Part shown: positions 43,611 through 52,508 of the stretch, in pieces
Layout of the letters: every line of letters starts with the position of its first letter
Numbering within the stretch: position 1 is the first letter of the stretch
From: Candidatus Latescibacterota bacterium
GTDB lineage: Bacteria > Latescibacterota > UBA2968 > GCA-2709665
Length of the DNA stretch: 64,000 nucleotides
NCBI GenBank assembly: GCA_965116875.1
Contig: OZ220733.1
Location: forward strand, 1,824,001 to 1,888,000
Direction: 5' to 3'
Made by a program: the position numbers and the translations under genes
The notes under the pieces: model-generated
What the model was told of the DNA's origin: nothing
Databases searched by the model: none
Seen by the model: the letters and a program-made list of their open reading frames with translations, nothing else

Positions 43611-43680
43611 AACAGTCCGTTGAGAAAGTCGCTCTGCGGGCCTGCCATTAAAGTCCTGGCAGGCTGGCGTTGCAGGCAGG
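43611..43680. mobile_element. MITE family A, one-ended remnant
   Basis: AACAGTCCGTTGAGAAAGTCGCTCTGC...CCTGCCA..GTCCTGGCAGG, similar to the 15679 and 24675 ends. Confidence 0.6.
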
Positions 43681-43709
43681 CCTCCTGTGGCAACTGTCTT
43701 CAGCCACGG

Positions 43710-43813
43710 ATTTCTCGCGTCTTTCGTATACTCGTAGTCTCGTTTTCTCGCAGTTTCGCATTCTCGTAGTTTCGTATACTTATAGTCTCGTATTCTCGTA
43801 GTCTCGCAGTTTC
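43710..43813. repeat. Degenerate octamer tandem repeat (T[C/T]TCG[C/T]A[G/T])
   Basis: About a dozen units such as tctcgtag, tttcgcat and tctcgcag between hemH and hemY. Confidence 0.75.
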
Positions 43814-44736
43814 TAATTCAGCTTGTCTTCCACAGCGTCCACCACGGCTTCGATGAACGTGGGATCGCTGTTCATGGACGCGATGCGCTTTACGTTCACC
43901 CCACGCGACGCCGCGATTTCCTGAACGCCGATATCGATATCGTACAGGATCTCCACGTGGTCGCATACGAACCCGATGGGCGCCACAAGCACGTGGCGAT
44001 ATCCCCTATCGGCCAGATCCGGAATCACGTCTTCGATCTGGGGACCCAGCCATGGCTCCCCGGTGTGAGCGGCGCTCTGATAGGAGAACATCCAGTCCAC
44101 GTTTCCCAGGCGTTCCGCTATCGCGCTCGCGTTGCCCTTGAGTTCGTCGTCGTAGGGATCGCCCATTTTCAGAAGGCGTTCCGGCAGGCTGTGCGCCGTA
44201 AAGACGATCTTCACCGCATTCCGATCATCCATGGCGAATGACGCCAGCACCGCGCGAACGTGCGCTTCCTGTGCACGCAGCAACGCCGGCTGCCGCCACC
44301 AGGAATCCACGAACGAGAACTGAATCCGGCTTCCCGCGCTTCTCAAGGATTCATCGACCGCCTCGCGGTACCTTCCGATGCTCAAACGGGAGTAGTGCGG
44401 GGCCATGACGATGGCAACCGCTTCGTCCACGCCATCCCGGGACATTTGACCTACCGTGTCCCCGATCCAGGGAGACCAGTGCCGCATGCCCACGTACACG
44501 GGAACGTCATGCCCGCGGGCCCTCAGGGCGCCCTCCGCACGTGCGGCCTGTTCAAACGTATTCTCGTTGAGCGGAGACCTGCCGCCGATCCGGGCATAGC
44601 GTCGCCTGAACTCGGACACGAATTCCGGGGACATGGGACGCCCTCCCCGGATATCGTTGAGGTACGCTTCCATGTCGTCCAGGGAGTCAGGACTGCCGTA
44701 GGCGAGCATCAACACGGCCTTCTTCACCACGGCCAC
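43813..44736 (-). CDS. hemH: Ferrochelatase (HemH/CpfC)
   Basis: LAYGSP, GGRSPL, FTAHSLP, WLGP, GFVCDHVEILYDID. Confidence 0.95.
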   Translation of the reverse strand: MAVVKKAVLMLAYGSPDSLDDMEAYLNDIRGGRPMSPEFVSEFRRRYARIGGRSPLNENTFEQAARAEGALRARGHDVPVYVGMRHWSPWIGDTVGQMSRDGVDEAVAIVMAPHYSRLSIGRYREAVDESLRSAGSRIQFSFVDSWWRQPALLRAQEAHVRAVLASFAMDDRNAVKIVFTAHSLPERLLKMGDPYDDELKGNASAIAERLGNVDWMFSYQSAAHTGEPWLGPQIEDVIPDLADRGYRHVLVAPIGFVCDHVEILYDIDIGVQEIAASRGVNVKRIASMNSDPTFIEAVVDAVEDKLN

Positions 44737-45768
44737 CTATCCGTATGCGTGTACGAAATCGACCAGCGCGGACACGTGCTCGACCGGCGTGTGCTGCAGG
44801 ATGCCGTGGCCGAGGTTGAAGATGTGTCCCGGCCGCCCGCGGACGCTGTCGAGGATCCGGGCGGCCTGCCTTTCGATCACCGGTACGGGTGCGAACAGCG
44901 CCGTTGGGTCCAGGTTCCCCTGCACAGCCACGTCCGTCCCCAGCCGGTTCCAGGCTTCGTCGAGGTCGATCCGCCAGTCCACGCCGATCACGTCGCCGCC
45001 CGCCCGCTTCATCAGCGGCAGGATACCGGAGGTACCTGTTCCAAAATGGATCACCGGAACGTCGTACGTGTCCGCGACCATCTCAATTGCACGTCGCGTA
45101 TGCGGCAGAACGTACTCTTCGTAGTCACCGGGGCTCAGCGCGCCTGCCCAGCTGTCGAACAGTTGCAGCGCCTGGGCCCCGGCCGCCGCCTGAGACTGCA
45201 GATAGTCCCCCACCGCCGCCGACATCTTTTCCATCAGGCGCCGCCAGGTCTCCGGCTGTTCATACATCAACCCCTTGGCATGCCGGTAGTCACGGGAAGC
45301 GCCGCCTTCCACCGCATAGCAGACCAGCGTAAACGGTGCCCCGGAGAATCCGATCAGTGGAACGCTGCCGTCCAGCGCGCGCCGGAGCTGACGGATGGCA
45401 GCCATGGCGAAATCCATGGCCTCGGCCGCGGGACGAACGGCGAGGGATTCCACGTCCGCCGGCGTCCGGATGGGGTTGTGAATCACGGGCCCCTCACCGC
45501 CAACGTACTCGAGTTTCAGGCCCATCGGCTCCAGGATCGGCAGAATATCCTGAAAGACAATGGCCGCGTCCACGTCGAACGCCTCAACGGGCTGCAACGT
45601 GATTTCGGTGGCGAGTTCCGGCGTCTTCACCATTTCAAGAAAGGCGTATTTTTCCTTCAATCTCCGGTATTCGGGCATGTAACGGCCCGCCTGGCGCATC
45701 AGCCACACCGGCGTGACGTCGACCGCTTCGCGGCGGCATGCGTTGAGAAAACGGCTGGCTCGGGACAT
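44737..45768 (-). CDS. hemE: Uroporphyrinogen decarboxylase
   Basis: PVWLMRQAGRYMPEY, LIGFSGAPFTL, QGNLDP, FNLGHGI. Confidence 0.97.
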   Translation of the reverse strand: MSRASRFLNACRREAVDVTPVWLMRQAGRYMPEYRRLKEKYAFLEMVKTPELATEITLQPVEAFDVDAAIVFQDILPILEPMGLKLEYVGGEGPVIHNPIRTPADVESLAVRPAAEAMDFAMAAIRQLRRALDGSVPLIGFSGAPFTLVCYAVEGGASRDYRHAKGLMYEQPETWRRLMEKMSAAVGDYLQSQAAAGAQALQLFDSWAGALSPGDYEEYVLPHTRRAIEMVADTYDVPVIHFGTGTSGILPLMKRAGGDVIGVDWRIDLDEAWNRLGTDVAVQGNLDPTALFAPVPVIERQAARILDSVRGRPGHIFNLGHGILQHTPVEHVSALVDFVHAYG

Positions 45769-45884
45769 CAGGCGCTCTCAGATCAATGAGGGAAGGGTTG
45801 CGCGGCGCTTTAACTTTGCCCCAATGAAAGACGGCAGGGGCACGACGGTACGTGCCCCTGCCGAATTGCGAAACGATCGCGTCA

Positions 45885-46505
45885 CTACGCGTCAAGCTCG
45901 TTGAAATGCGTGACCACCTTGCTGATCAGGCCGTATTCCACCGCTTCCGGCGCGGACATCCAGTAGTCCCGGTCCGTATCTTCAACCACTTTGTCCAGCG
46001 GCTGTCCGGTCTCCCGGGCATACAGTTCGTTGATGCGCTCCCGAAGCTTGAGTATCTGTTCCGCCGTGCGCTTTACGTCTTCCGCAACCCCCATGTACCG
46101 CATTGAGGGTTGATGGATCATGATTCTTGCGTTCGGAAGCGCGAACCGGCTGCCTTTTTCCGCGGCCAGCATGATCACCGTGGCCGCGCTGGCGGACAAC
46201 CCGACGCTGACGATTCTCACCGGCGGCCGGATGAAACGAATCATATCGTAGATGGCGAAGCCGTCGTCGGCGCTGCCCCCCGGCGAGTTGATCAGGATGG
46301 TGATCGGTTTTTCCGGATCGTCGCTGTCCATCAGCAGCAACTGGGCGATCACCCGCGTTGTGAGCTTGTGGTCGATCGGATCCGAGATCAGGATGGTGCG
46401 CGCCCTGATCAGGCTTCTGACGATGAATTCGCCGCCCTGACCGCCACGCTGCTCTTCCTCCTCTTCTTCTTCGTCAGGATCTTCGCTCAACAGAAACTCG
46501 TACAT
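45885..46505 (-). CDS. clpP: Clp protease proteolytic subunit
   Basis: INSPGG, GLSASAA (Ser), IMIHQP (His), DRDYWM (Asp), EAVEYGL. Confidence 0.92.
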   Translation of the reverse strand: MYEFLLSEDPDEEEEEEEQRGGQGGEFIVRSLIRARTILISDPIDHKLTTRVIAQLLLMDSDDPEKPITILINSPGGSADDGFAIYDMIRFIRPPVRIVSVGLSASAATVIMLAAEKGSRFALPNARIMIHQPSMRYMGVAEDVKRTAEQILKLRERINELYARETGQPLDKVVEDTDRDYWMSAPEAVEYGLISKVVTHFNELDA

Positions 46506-46658
46506 CGCATCCCCTTCTTCCCGCGAATAAACGACTGAAAATACGACCGGTTTGCCAGCATGCTAAGGCCGCGTCAATTTATCCTATACGCCCCCTGTTG
46601 TCAAGGGCATTCCCCAAAATCCGGCGCCGGTATGAACGATGCGGGAGGTCGCGGGGCT

Positions 46659-47918
46659 TCACGTTCCCGCCATCGCCTCGCTCAGAATCCGGGAGGTGCC
46701 GGGCCGCATGATGCGCGGGTCCACCGTCTCCCCGTTCAGCAGCATCTCACGCACCTGTTTTCCGGAAATGAACACGGGCTGCTCGTCGGGATGGTTCTCC
46801 ATCAGATCCACCCGCCCGAGGGACTCGTAGAACGCCGCGAAACCCACGTTGAGCGGTCGGATCTCCAGGTTTCCATTGAGCTGGTTGAACACGTCCTGTG
46901 CGTCGAAATCGCCCCAGATCGGGCTGCCGTCGTGATAGGGAGCATCCGCGTGTTTGCGTCCGATGATAATGTCCGTAAAGCCGAAGTTCTGGCGGTATAT
47001 CGCGTGCATGACCGCCTCTTTGGGGCCGGCGTAGAACATCTTGATGTCCAGTCCGATGAGCATCACCCGGTCCGGCACGGCCTCGCCTCTGGGTTGCCAC
47101 AATTCCGCGTCGCTGTCCCCCTCGCCCAACCCCCTGGACTCGATCAGCGCCTCGTAGGTCCGCATCCGGATTTCCGCGTTGACGTCGTCCGATTTGGTCT
47201 CTCCCACCAGCGGGTTCAGACAGGCGCCGGCGTCAATCCCCTGCCGGATCAGCGCTTCCAGGCCGTAGACCAGGGCGTATTCGTGCGCCCGGTGCAGCGG
47301 GTTCCGGGTCTGAAACGCGACCACGCGCTTCCAGCCCGTTTCCGACAGGAGACGGCGGACTTCCGCGGGGGTGTGCATGTACCGGCCAAACGCGGAATGC
47401 TTCGGCTGCGGCAATACCGTGATTTCCCCTCCCAGAAGGTGGGTCTTGCCGGCATCTCCCTCCAGCACCATATCCGCACCCGGATGGTCGGTCCGCTCCG
47501 TCAGGTATACGCTCTTGAGATAGGCTGGTTTGTCCCAGGGGTAGACGTCGCTGATGTCCACGGCGCCCACGATCTGCCCGGCCTCATCCACCAGCGCAAC
47601 GGTCTGACCGACCTCGAGTTGGCCGGCCAGGTCGCTCGATACGGGAAGCGCCAGCGGAATGGTCCAGGCATACGGCTTCCCGTTGAACTCGATGACGCTC
47701 TTGTCGAGTACCCGGTGCCAGGTCTCCGAGTCCATCGGACCGGTGAGCGGACTCAGCCCGCCGTCTCCGAAACGGTAGACCGTGGACAGATCGGCGTCGC
47801 TGACCGGAACGCGGGTCAGCTTCGATGCACTCTCGCGAAAAGCGTCCTGCGCGTTGTCCGGAACCATCCGGCACACCGGTGAGGACAATCCGCCATGTAG
47901 CGGTATCGAATCGGACAT
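46659..47918 (-). CDS. sat: Sulfate adenylyltransferase
   Basis: [44 protein letters not shown]. Confidence 0.93.
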   Translation of the reverse strand: MSDSIPLHGGLSSPVCRMVPDNAQDAFRESASKLTRVPVSDADLSTVYRFGDGGLSPLTGPMDSETWHRVLDKSVIEFNGKPYAWTIPLALPVSSDLAGQLEVGQTVALVDEAGQIVGAVDISDVYPWDKPAYLKSVYLTERTDHPGADMVLEGDAGKTHLLGGEITVLPQPKHSAFGRYMHTPAEVRRLLSETGWKRVVAFQTRNPLHRAHEYALVYGLEALIRQGIDAGACLNPLVGETKSDDVNAEIRMRTYEALIESRGLGEGDSDAELWQPRGEAVPDRVMLIGLDIKMFYAGPKEAVMHAIYRQNFGFTDIIIGRKHADAPYHDGSPIWGDFDAQDVFNQLNGNLEIRPLNVGFAAFYESLGRVDLMENHPDEQPVFISGKQVREMLLNGETVDPRIMRPGTSRILSEAMAGT

Positions 47919-48031
47919 TTTCGAAACAACCCTCCAATAATGTCAAAGTTCCAGGGTCACCAGCCCCCGGCAAGGGATGATGGCATCGTATCTGTCACTC
48001 GCCCAAACTGACGAGCAGACGCTGCTGTGAA

Positions 48032-48170
48032 GGTGGGGCGGACATTCCTGTCTGCCCACATTGCCGACTCTGCGCGCCTGAACTGTCATCCAGAGACCCG
48101 CCATACCGACGAAGCGTCTCCATCGATTGGCGCCGGAACCCTGCACCGCTCCCTGAGCTTGTCGAAGGGT
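48032..48170. repeat. Two short REP-like palindromes
   Basis: GGGGCGGACATTCCTGTCTGCCC (~48035) and CCCTGAGCTTGTCGAAGGG (~48151); single copies in this window. Confidence 0.45.
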
Positions 48171-48764
48171 CGGGGCAGGGGTGCAGATCAGGAAGCGATA
48201 AATATACCGTAAACTTCCACCCGGAACAAAAAAGTTTCCCGCAACGTGCTGGCGACTTCTCCCTGGCGCGGAGACCGGCTGTGTTGGATGTCAGGTCCGG
48301 ACCAATGGTGTAAACTTAGGAATCATCCAACGCCTTAGCCGAACAAGCCGCGGCACTCGATTTAAGGAGTCCCAGATACAATCTGCCCTCGATCACGACC
48401 TGATCCACCAACATCCGGAGCGAGGGCATCCTGCCCTCGAACTTCGCGTCACCCACCCGTATTCCCGTCGAGACATTGTTGCTACCATCGCATCTGTTCG
48501 GCCCGACGTATGGGACCTCTTGGCAATTGTTGGCGCGATGCAGGTTGCGTTGCATCACCTGGAACATTACATTCATTTGTAGAAGTCGCATTAAAGAAAA
48601 AGGTTCCCCCCGATGACAAGCGCCCATGGGGCTCTCTCCAACGGTGGAGTGGTCGGGGGGGTCGTTTTCTGGTAGCATGCGGTGAAAACCAGCGCTATGA
48701 AGAGCCCGTCCGGTCGGTATGCCATTCTTGCGCCTCGCTGCGAATTTTCCGGAATATGACCACC

Positions 48765-49706
48765 ATGAATCTGGTTCAGAGTACAGTCAGAATGCTATTG
48801 GTATTCATACTTGTATTCTCTGCAGGATTAGAGACGAGAGCGGAGGATTCAGACGCCGACTCGTCGCTTACGAAGTTTGAGATAAACCAGCGCGGATTGC
48901 TTCACATAAAGTATCTGAAAAACGCGTATATCGAAGGGTCCAGGGAGAAACTCTCAAGCTATCTGAACGCGTGGGTTCATTGGACGCAACCGGTCACCCG
49001 GGAAGAGTTGGATCGCAAATTACCGTTCGACCGACACGCAAATGACATCCACCAGTTACTTTATAGGCCAACGAACCTGAGATGGTTCACAAAGTGGTTC
49101 CAGGGAAAACGCCCCGAACCGCCGTTTTACAAGAAGATCCTGACATATATCGGCGTTCCGGACGACGAGAATTGGGCTGAGAAAATATACGGCGAGGCGC
49201 GATACTCACTCATACAAAATGAGATCAAGATTTACATCGTTGAAACGCTTCCGGAACCCGACGATAGATCCTTTGATACGGAGCGCGGATTAGAAAAGCA
49301 GATGAAACATGCCATTGCTCACCTGCGTATTCTGGATTTCAGACCTCAAGTCAAACCGCATGGGCGCACGCCGGTTTATCTCGTCCCAACTTTGAAAGGC
49401 ATACTCGAAAAGTTCCTGAGATCGAAGAAGATCCTGTCCAACGAAACCGGCCTGCAGTCTACAGACCAGGATTCGCTCACGAACAGACGGCTCGAATTCC
49501 TGAACCAGGAACTGAAGATCTTGCGGAGCCACTGGGAGGGGTGGCACTTCGAAACCCATCCCCGTATCGAAAGAATTGTCTTCAATCACGATCTCTCAAA
49601 GGCCATCGCCGAATACCGGATCAAATACACCGGTGGAAGGGCGTACCTGAACCGGACCGCTGACGGATGGGAACTGGTGAGTGCGGGATTGAGGTGGATA
49701 GAATAG
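48765..49706 (+). CDS. Hypothetical secreted protein
   Basis: Signal-peptide-like MNLVQSTVRMLLVFILVFSAGLETRA; no family recognised; start uncertain. Confidence 0.65.
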   Translation: MNLVQSTVRMLLVFILVFSAGLETRAEDSDADSSLTKFEINQRGLLHIKYLKNAYIEGSREKLSSYLNAWVHWTQPVTREELDRKLPFDRHANDIHQLLYRPTNLRWFTKWFQGKRPEPPFYKKILTYIGVPDDENWAEKIYGEARYSLIQNEIKIYIVETLPEPDDRSFDTERGLEKQMKHAIAHLRILDFRPQVKPHGRTPVYLVPTLKGILEKFLRSKKILSNETGLQSTDQDSLTNRRLEFLNQELKILRSHWEGWHFETHPRIERIVFNHDLSKAIAEYRIKYTGGRAYLNRTADGWELVSAGLRWIE

Positions 49707-49782
49707 GTTCAGTGGATTGCGGACGAGAGCGATTGCATTTGTATCCCATTCGTGATACATTTGGATAAGGAAGGAGGTGTCC

Positions 49783-50037
49783 ATGGCAAAGACGGAATTT
49801 ATCCGAGCCCGCGTTGAACCTGAGTTTAAAACCCAGGCCGAAGAGATATTCTCGAAGCTCGGGTTATCCCCTACCGATGCGATCACGCTGTTCTATGTCC
49901 AGGTCATCCTACACGACGGCTTGCCCTTCGCGGTGAGGATTCCCAACAAAGAGACCATTGAGGCAATGCGGCAGGCAGAGAAAGGAGAGGGCCTAAACGA
50001 ATATGACGATCTGCAGGCACTAAAGGCCACTAAATGA
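49783..50037 (+). CDS. RelB/DinJ-family antitoxin
   Basis: IRARVEPEFK..AEEIFSKLGLSPTDAITLF...GLPF..RIPNKETIEAM; AGGAGGT RBS; extended -10 TGATACATT inside the TGTATC-N8-GATACA palindrome (49740-49759). Confidence 0.9.
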   Translation: MAKTEFIRARVEPEFKTQAEEIFSKLGLSPTDAITLFYVQVILHDGLPFAVRIPNKETIEAMRQAEKGEGLNEYDDLQALKATK

Positions 50038-50069
50038 GTGGTTTTTCTGTTACGGAGGAGCCAGATAAA

Positions 50070-50104
50070 GAACCCCCGAGAGAAGAATCTCCGGGGGCTT
50101 TTTG
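50070..50104 (+). terminator. Intrinsic terminator after the antitoxin gene
   Basis: CCCCCG(A)GAG-aagaat-CTCCGGGGG followed by CTTTTT. Confidence 0.6.
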
Positions 50105-50175
50105 TCGTGAGTCTTCTGACTGCAAGCCGTTTCAAGTTCTACGCATCGGTGTATAATAACGTGGGCAAGTACGAA

Positions 50176-51354
50176 TTATAATATAGTTGCTTCGAGGGAT
50201 ACGGTCGCTAGGGCCTCTTTTACCAGCCGAGCCGCGGTTTCGATTTCTTCGTGAGTCGTGAATCGTCCAAAACTGAAGCGGATGGAAGCCTCGCTCTGTG
50301 CGTCCGACAAGCCGAGTGCCCGGAGCACGTGGGACGGTTCCGGAATGCCAGTTGTACATGCCGCGCCGGTAGACGCCGCGAGTCGGGGCTGGAGGACGCC
50401 GAGGATATCTTGCGCATCGCAACCTTCAAAGCCAATATTGGCGTTGCCAGGGTGGCGGCTCCTGCCGGATGGTCCGTTGACGGTGATCGGGAAGTCCCCT
50501 TGTTCGAGCAAGCGAATGAACGAATCCCGCAAGCCAGCTACCCGCGTGCGCTCCTCCTTCGCTTCGTCGCTGACTATAATCTCCGCAGCGGCACCCATAC
50601 CAACGCAAAGCGGCAACGGGACCGTGCCGGAACGAAGCCCCTCCTGCTGTCCGCCGCCATAAATTATCGGCTCGATAGAGTCCTTGAAATCGCGCCGGAT
50701 ATACAATACGCCGATACCCTGTGGGCCGTAAAACTTATGCGCCGAAAGGCTGATCAGATCGGCGTGCCCCGCAAGCCCGCTCACGTCCATCGCACAGGGC
50801 GCTTGTGCCGCGTCACAATGAAACAGGATGCCGTGTAACGTGAGCAGTTCGGCAATCCGAGGAATGTCCTGAATGGTCCCCACCTCATTGTTGACGGCCA
50901 TAACTGAGGCCAACAGGACGCGTTCGTCCACGAGCTTCTGTAATGCATTGAGTTCCACAAACCCTTCGTGGTCCACAGGAATGGTCTCAACGGTGATACC
51001 CTGATTCTCAGATATAGCCCTGGCCGCGGCCAAAACACACTTGTGTTCGATAGCACTGACCAGAATGCGGTCACGACCGCTTGGCGCGCGACGGACAAGA
51101 CCCTGAAGTGCGAGGTTGTTCGCCTCGGTAGCACCGGACGTGAAGACCACCTCATCGGCGTCTGCGCCAATCAGACCCGCAACCGATTCCGCCGCCTCGC
51201 GAACGGCCTCGCCGGCTCTCCAGCCCACAATATGGTCGCTAGAGTGGGGATTGCCGAACGATTCGCCCCAAAACCGGGGCATCTTTTCCTGTATCTGCGG
51301 ATCTACAGGCGTTGTCGCCTGATAGTCGGCATAGATCGTTTTCTGTCTGTTCAT
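50176..51354 (-). CDS. IscS/DndA/SspA-type cysteine desulfurase
   Basis: DYQATTP, SGATEANN, DAAQ, SAHKFYGP (PLP Lys), RSGT, STGAAC (catalytic Cys); divergent from the DUF4007 gene. Confidence 0.95.
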   Translation of the reverse strand: MNRQKTIYADYQATTPVDPQIQEKMPRFWGESFGNPHSSDHIVGWRAGEAVREAAESVAGLIGADADEVVFTSGATEANNLALQGLVRRAPSGRDRILVSAIEHKCVLAAARAISENQGITVETIPVDHEGFVELNALQKLVDERVLLASVMAVNNEVGTIQDIPRIAELLTLHGILFHCDAAQAPCAMDVSGLAGHADLISLSAHKFYGPQGIGVLYIRRDFKDSIEPIIYGGGQQEGLRSGTVPLPLCVGMGAAAEIIVSDEAKEERTRVAGLRDSFIRLLEQGDFPITVNGPSGRSRHPGNANIGFEGCDAQDILGVLQPRLAASTGAACTTGIPEPSHVLRALGLSDAQSEASIRFSFGRFTTHEEIETAARLVKEALATVSLEATIL

Positions 51355-51480
51355 GTTGAGTTCGGCGAATAGGATTTTCCGATCAAGATGTCTTCCCCAA
51401 TAAAATCAAATGCTTACTTCGATTTCGGCTGAATTTGGCTTCTGTTTCGTGTAGCTCCTGGAGCCTGCCGCCAGTTCATT

Positions 51481-51514
51481 CTTGACAATACTCAGTTTTG
51501 TGACTATTGTCAAG
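51481..51514. promoter_or_regulatory. Palindromic bidirectional sigma70 promoter/operator
   Basis: CTTGACAATA-ctcagttttgtgac-TATTGTCAAG reads TTGACA-17-TATTGT on both strands. Confidence 0.8.
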
Positions 51515-51542
51515 CTGGACGTTTCATCCAGTAGGAGAGACG

Positions 51543-52508
51543 ATGGGTCGAGGTCCCCTATACAAAGAAGGCTACCAACCGCAACTGTCTGGGCACGAGA
51601 CGTTTCCCCTTCGTTATGGTTGGCTCAAGAAGGCATATGATGCCGTTCGGGAAACCGAAGGAGACGAGAACAATCTGTCGGTATTTACGGCAGACTATGC
51701 AATCGCACGATTCGGGGTCGGCAAGAACATGGTTGCTTCAATGCGCCATTGGGCCATTGCGTCCGGAGTCATAGAAGAGGTTACTGGCGAACGACGTATC
51801 CGATGTACAGAAATCGGCGATTTGATATTCAGTGAGGGAGGTCTCGACAGATATATGGAAAACCCAGCGACATCGTGGTTCATCCATTGGCGCCTCTGCG
51901 GTCGGAAAGATAAAACGACGTGGTTCTGGGCATTTAATCACTTCCCGGCGCTCTTGTTCGAACGCGATGAGCTAGCCCGAGGCGTAGCCAATCTGACCGA
52001 AGAAATAGGGTGGGCACGGTCGTCCCTGGCTACAATCAGACGCGACGTGTCTTGCTTTGTACGCACATACGTCGCGCAACCGATGTCGCGCCAGGCGAGC
52101 TTTGAAGACGCTCTCGAATCGCCCCTTACGGAACTTGGTCTTATCAGGCCGGTTGGCCGACGTGACGGTTTCAGATTCGTGCGTGGTCCAAAGCCGTCGC
52201 TTGGCGCCGGCGTATTCGCCTATGCTGTGACCGATTTTTGGTCTCGTTATTCTAAGAACGCTAACACCCTGTCCTTTGAAGCACTGTCGCACGAACCTGG
52301 GTCACCGGGCAGGGTATTTCTTCTGGCCGAGAATGATCTTGTCGACCTCTTGGGACTGCTGGATACCACTACGGAGGGTATCTACCGGTGGTCAGAGACT
52401 GCCGGGCTGAAGCAGCTCATCCGGGAACGCGAGCTTACGACCGTGGAAAAATTGAATCTCTTGAAGGTGAATTACAATGGTTCAGTTCGCGAGGAGGGCG
52501 CTGCGTGA
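51543..52508 (+). CDS. DUF4007 protein (SspB-like)
   Basis: SGHETFPLRYGWLKK, FGVGKNMVASMRHW, PGSPGRVF, ETAGLKQ; AGGAG RBS. Confidence 0.9.
   Translation: MGRGPLYKEGYQPQLSGHETFPLRYGWLKKAYDAVRETEGDENNLSVFTADYAIARFGVGKNMVASMRHWAIASGVIEEVTGERRIRCTEIGDLIFSEGGLDRYMENPATSWFIHWRLCGRKDKTTWFWAFNHFPALLFERDELARGVANLTEEIGWARSSLATIRRDVSCFVRTYVAQPMSRQASFEDALESPLTELGLIRPVGRRDGFRFVRGPKPSLGAGVFAYAVTDFWSRYSKNANTLSFEALSHEPGSPGRVFLLAENDLVDLLGLLDTTTEGIYRWSETAGLKQLIRERELTTVEKLNLLKVNYNGSVREEGAA

Noticed and set aside
19030-43813. Possible CRISPR array among the short repeats
   Set aside because: No constant 23-47 bp repeat separated by unique equal-length spacers, and no cas genes.
26394-47882. Other long opposite-strand ORFs (26394-28202, 40705-41922, 44260-45789, 46560-47882)
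   Set aside because: Shadows of the acylase, serS, hemE/hemH and sat genes.
48338-48502. GCCGAACA...TGTTCGGC inverted pair as an integron attC site
   Set aside because: Only 8 bp, no internal L-box symmetry, single occurrence and no integron integrase.
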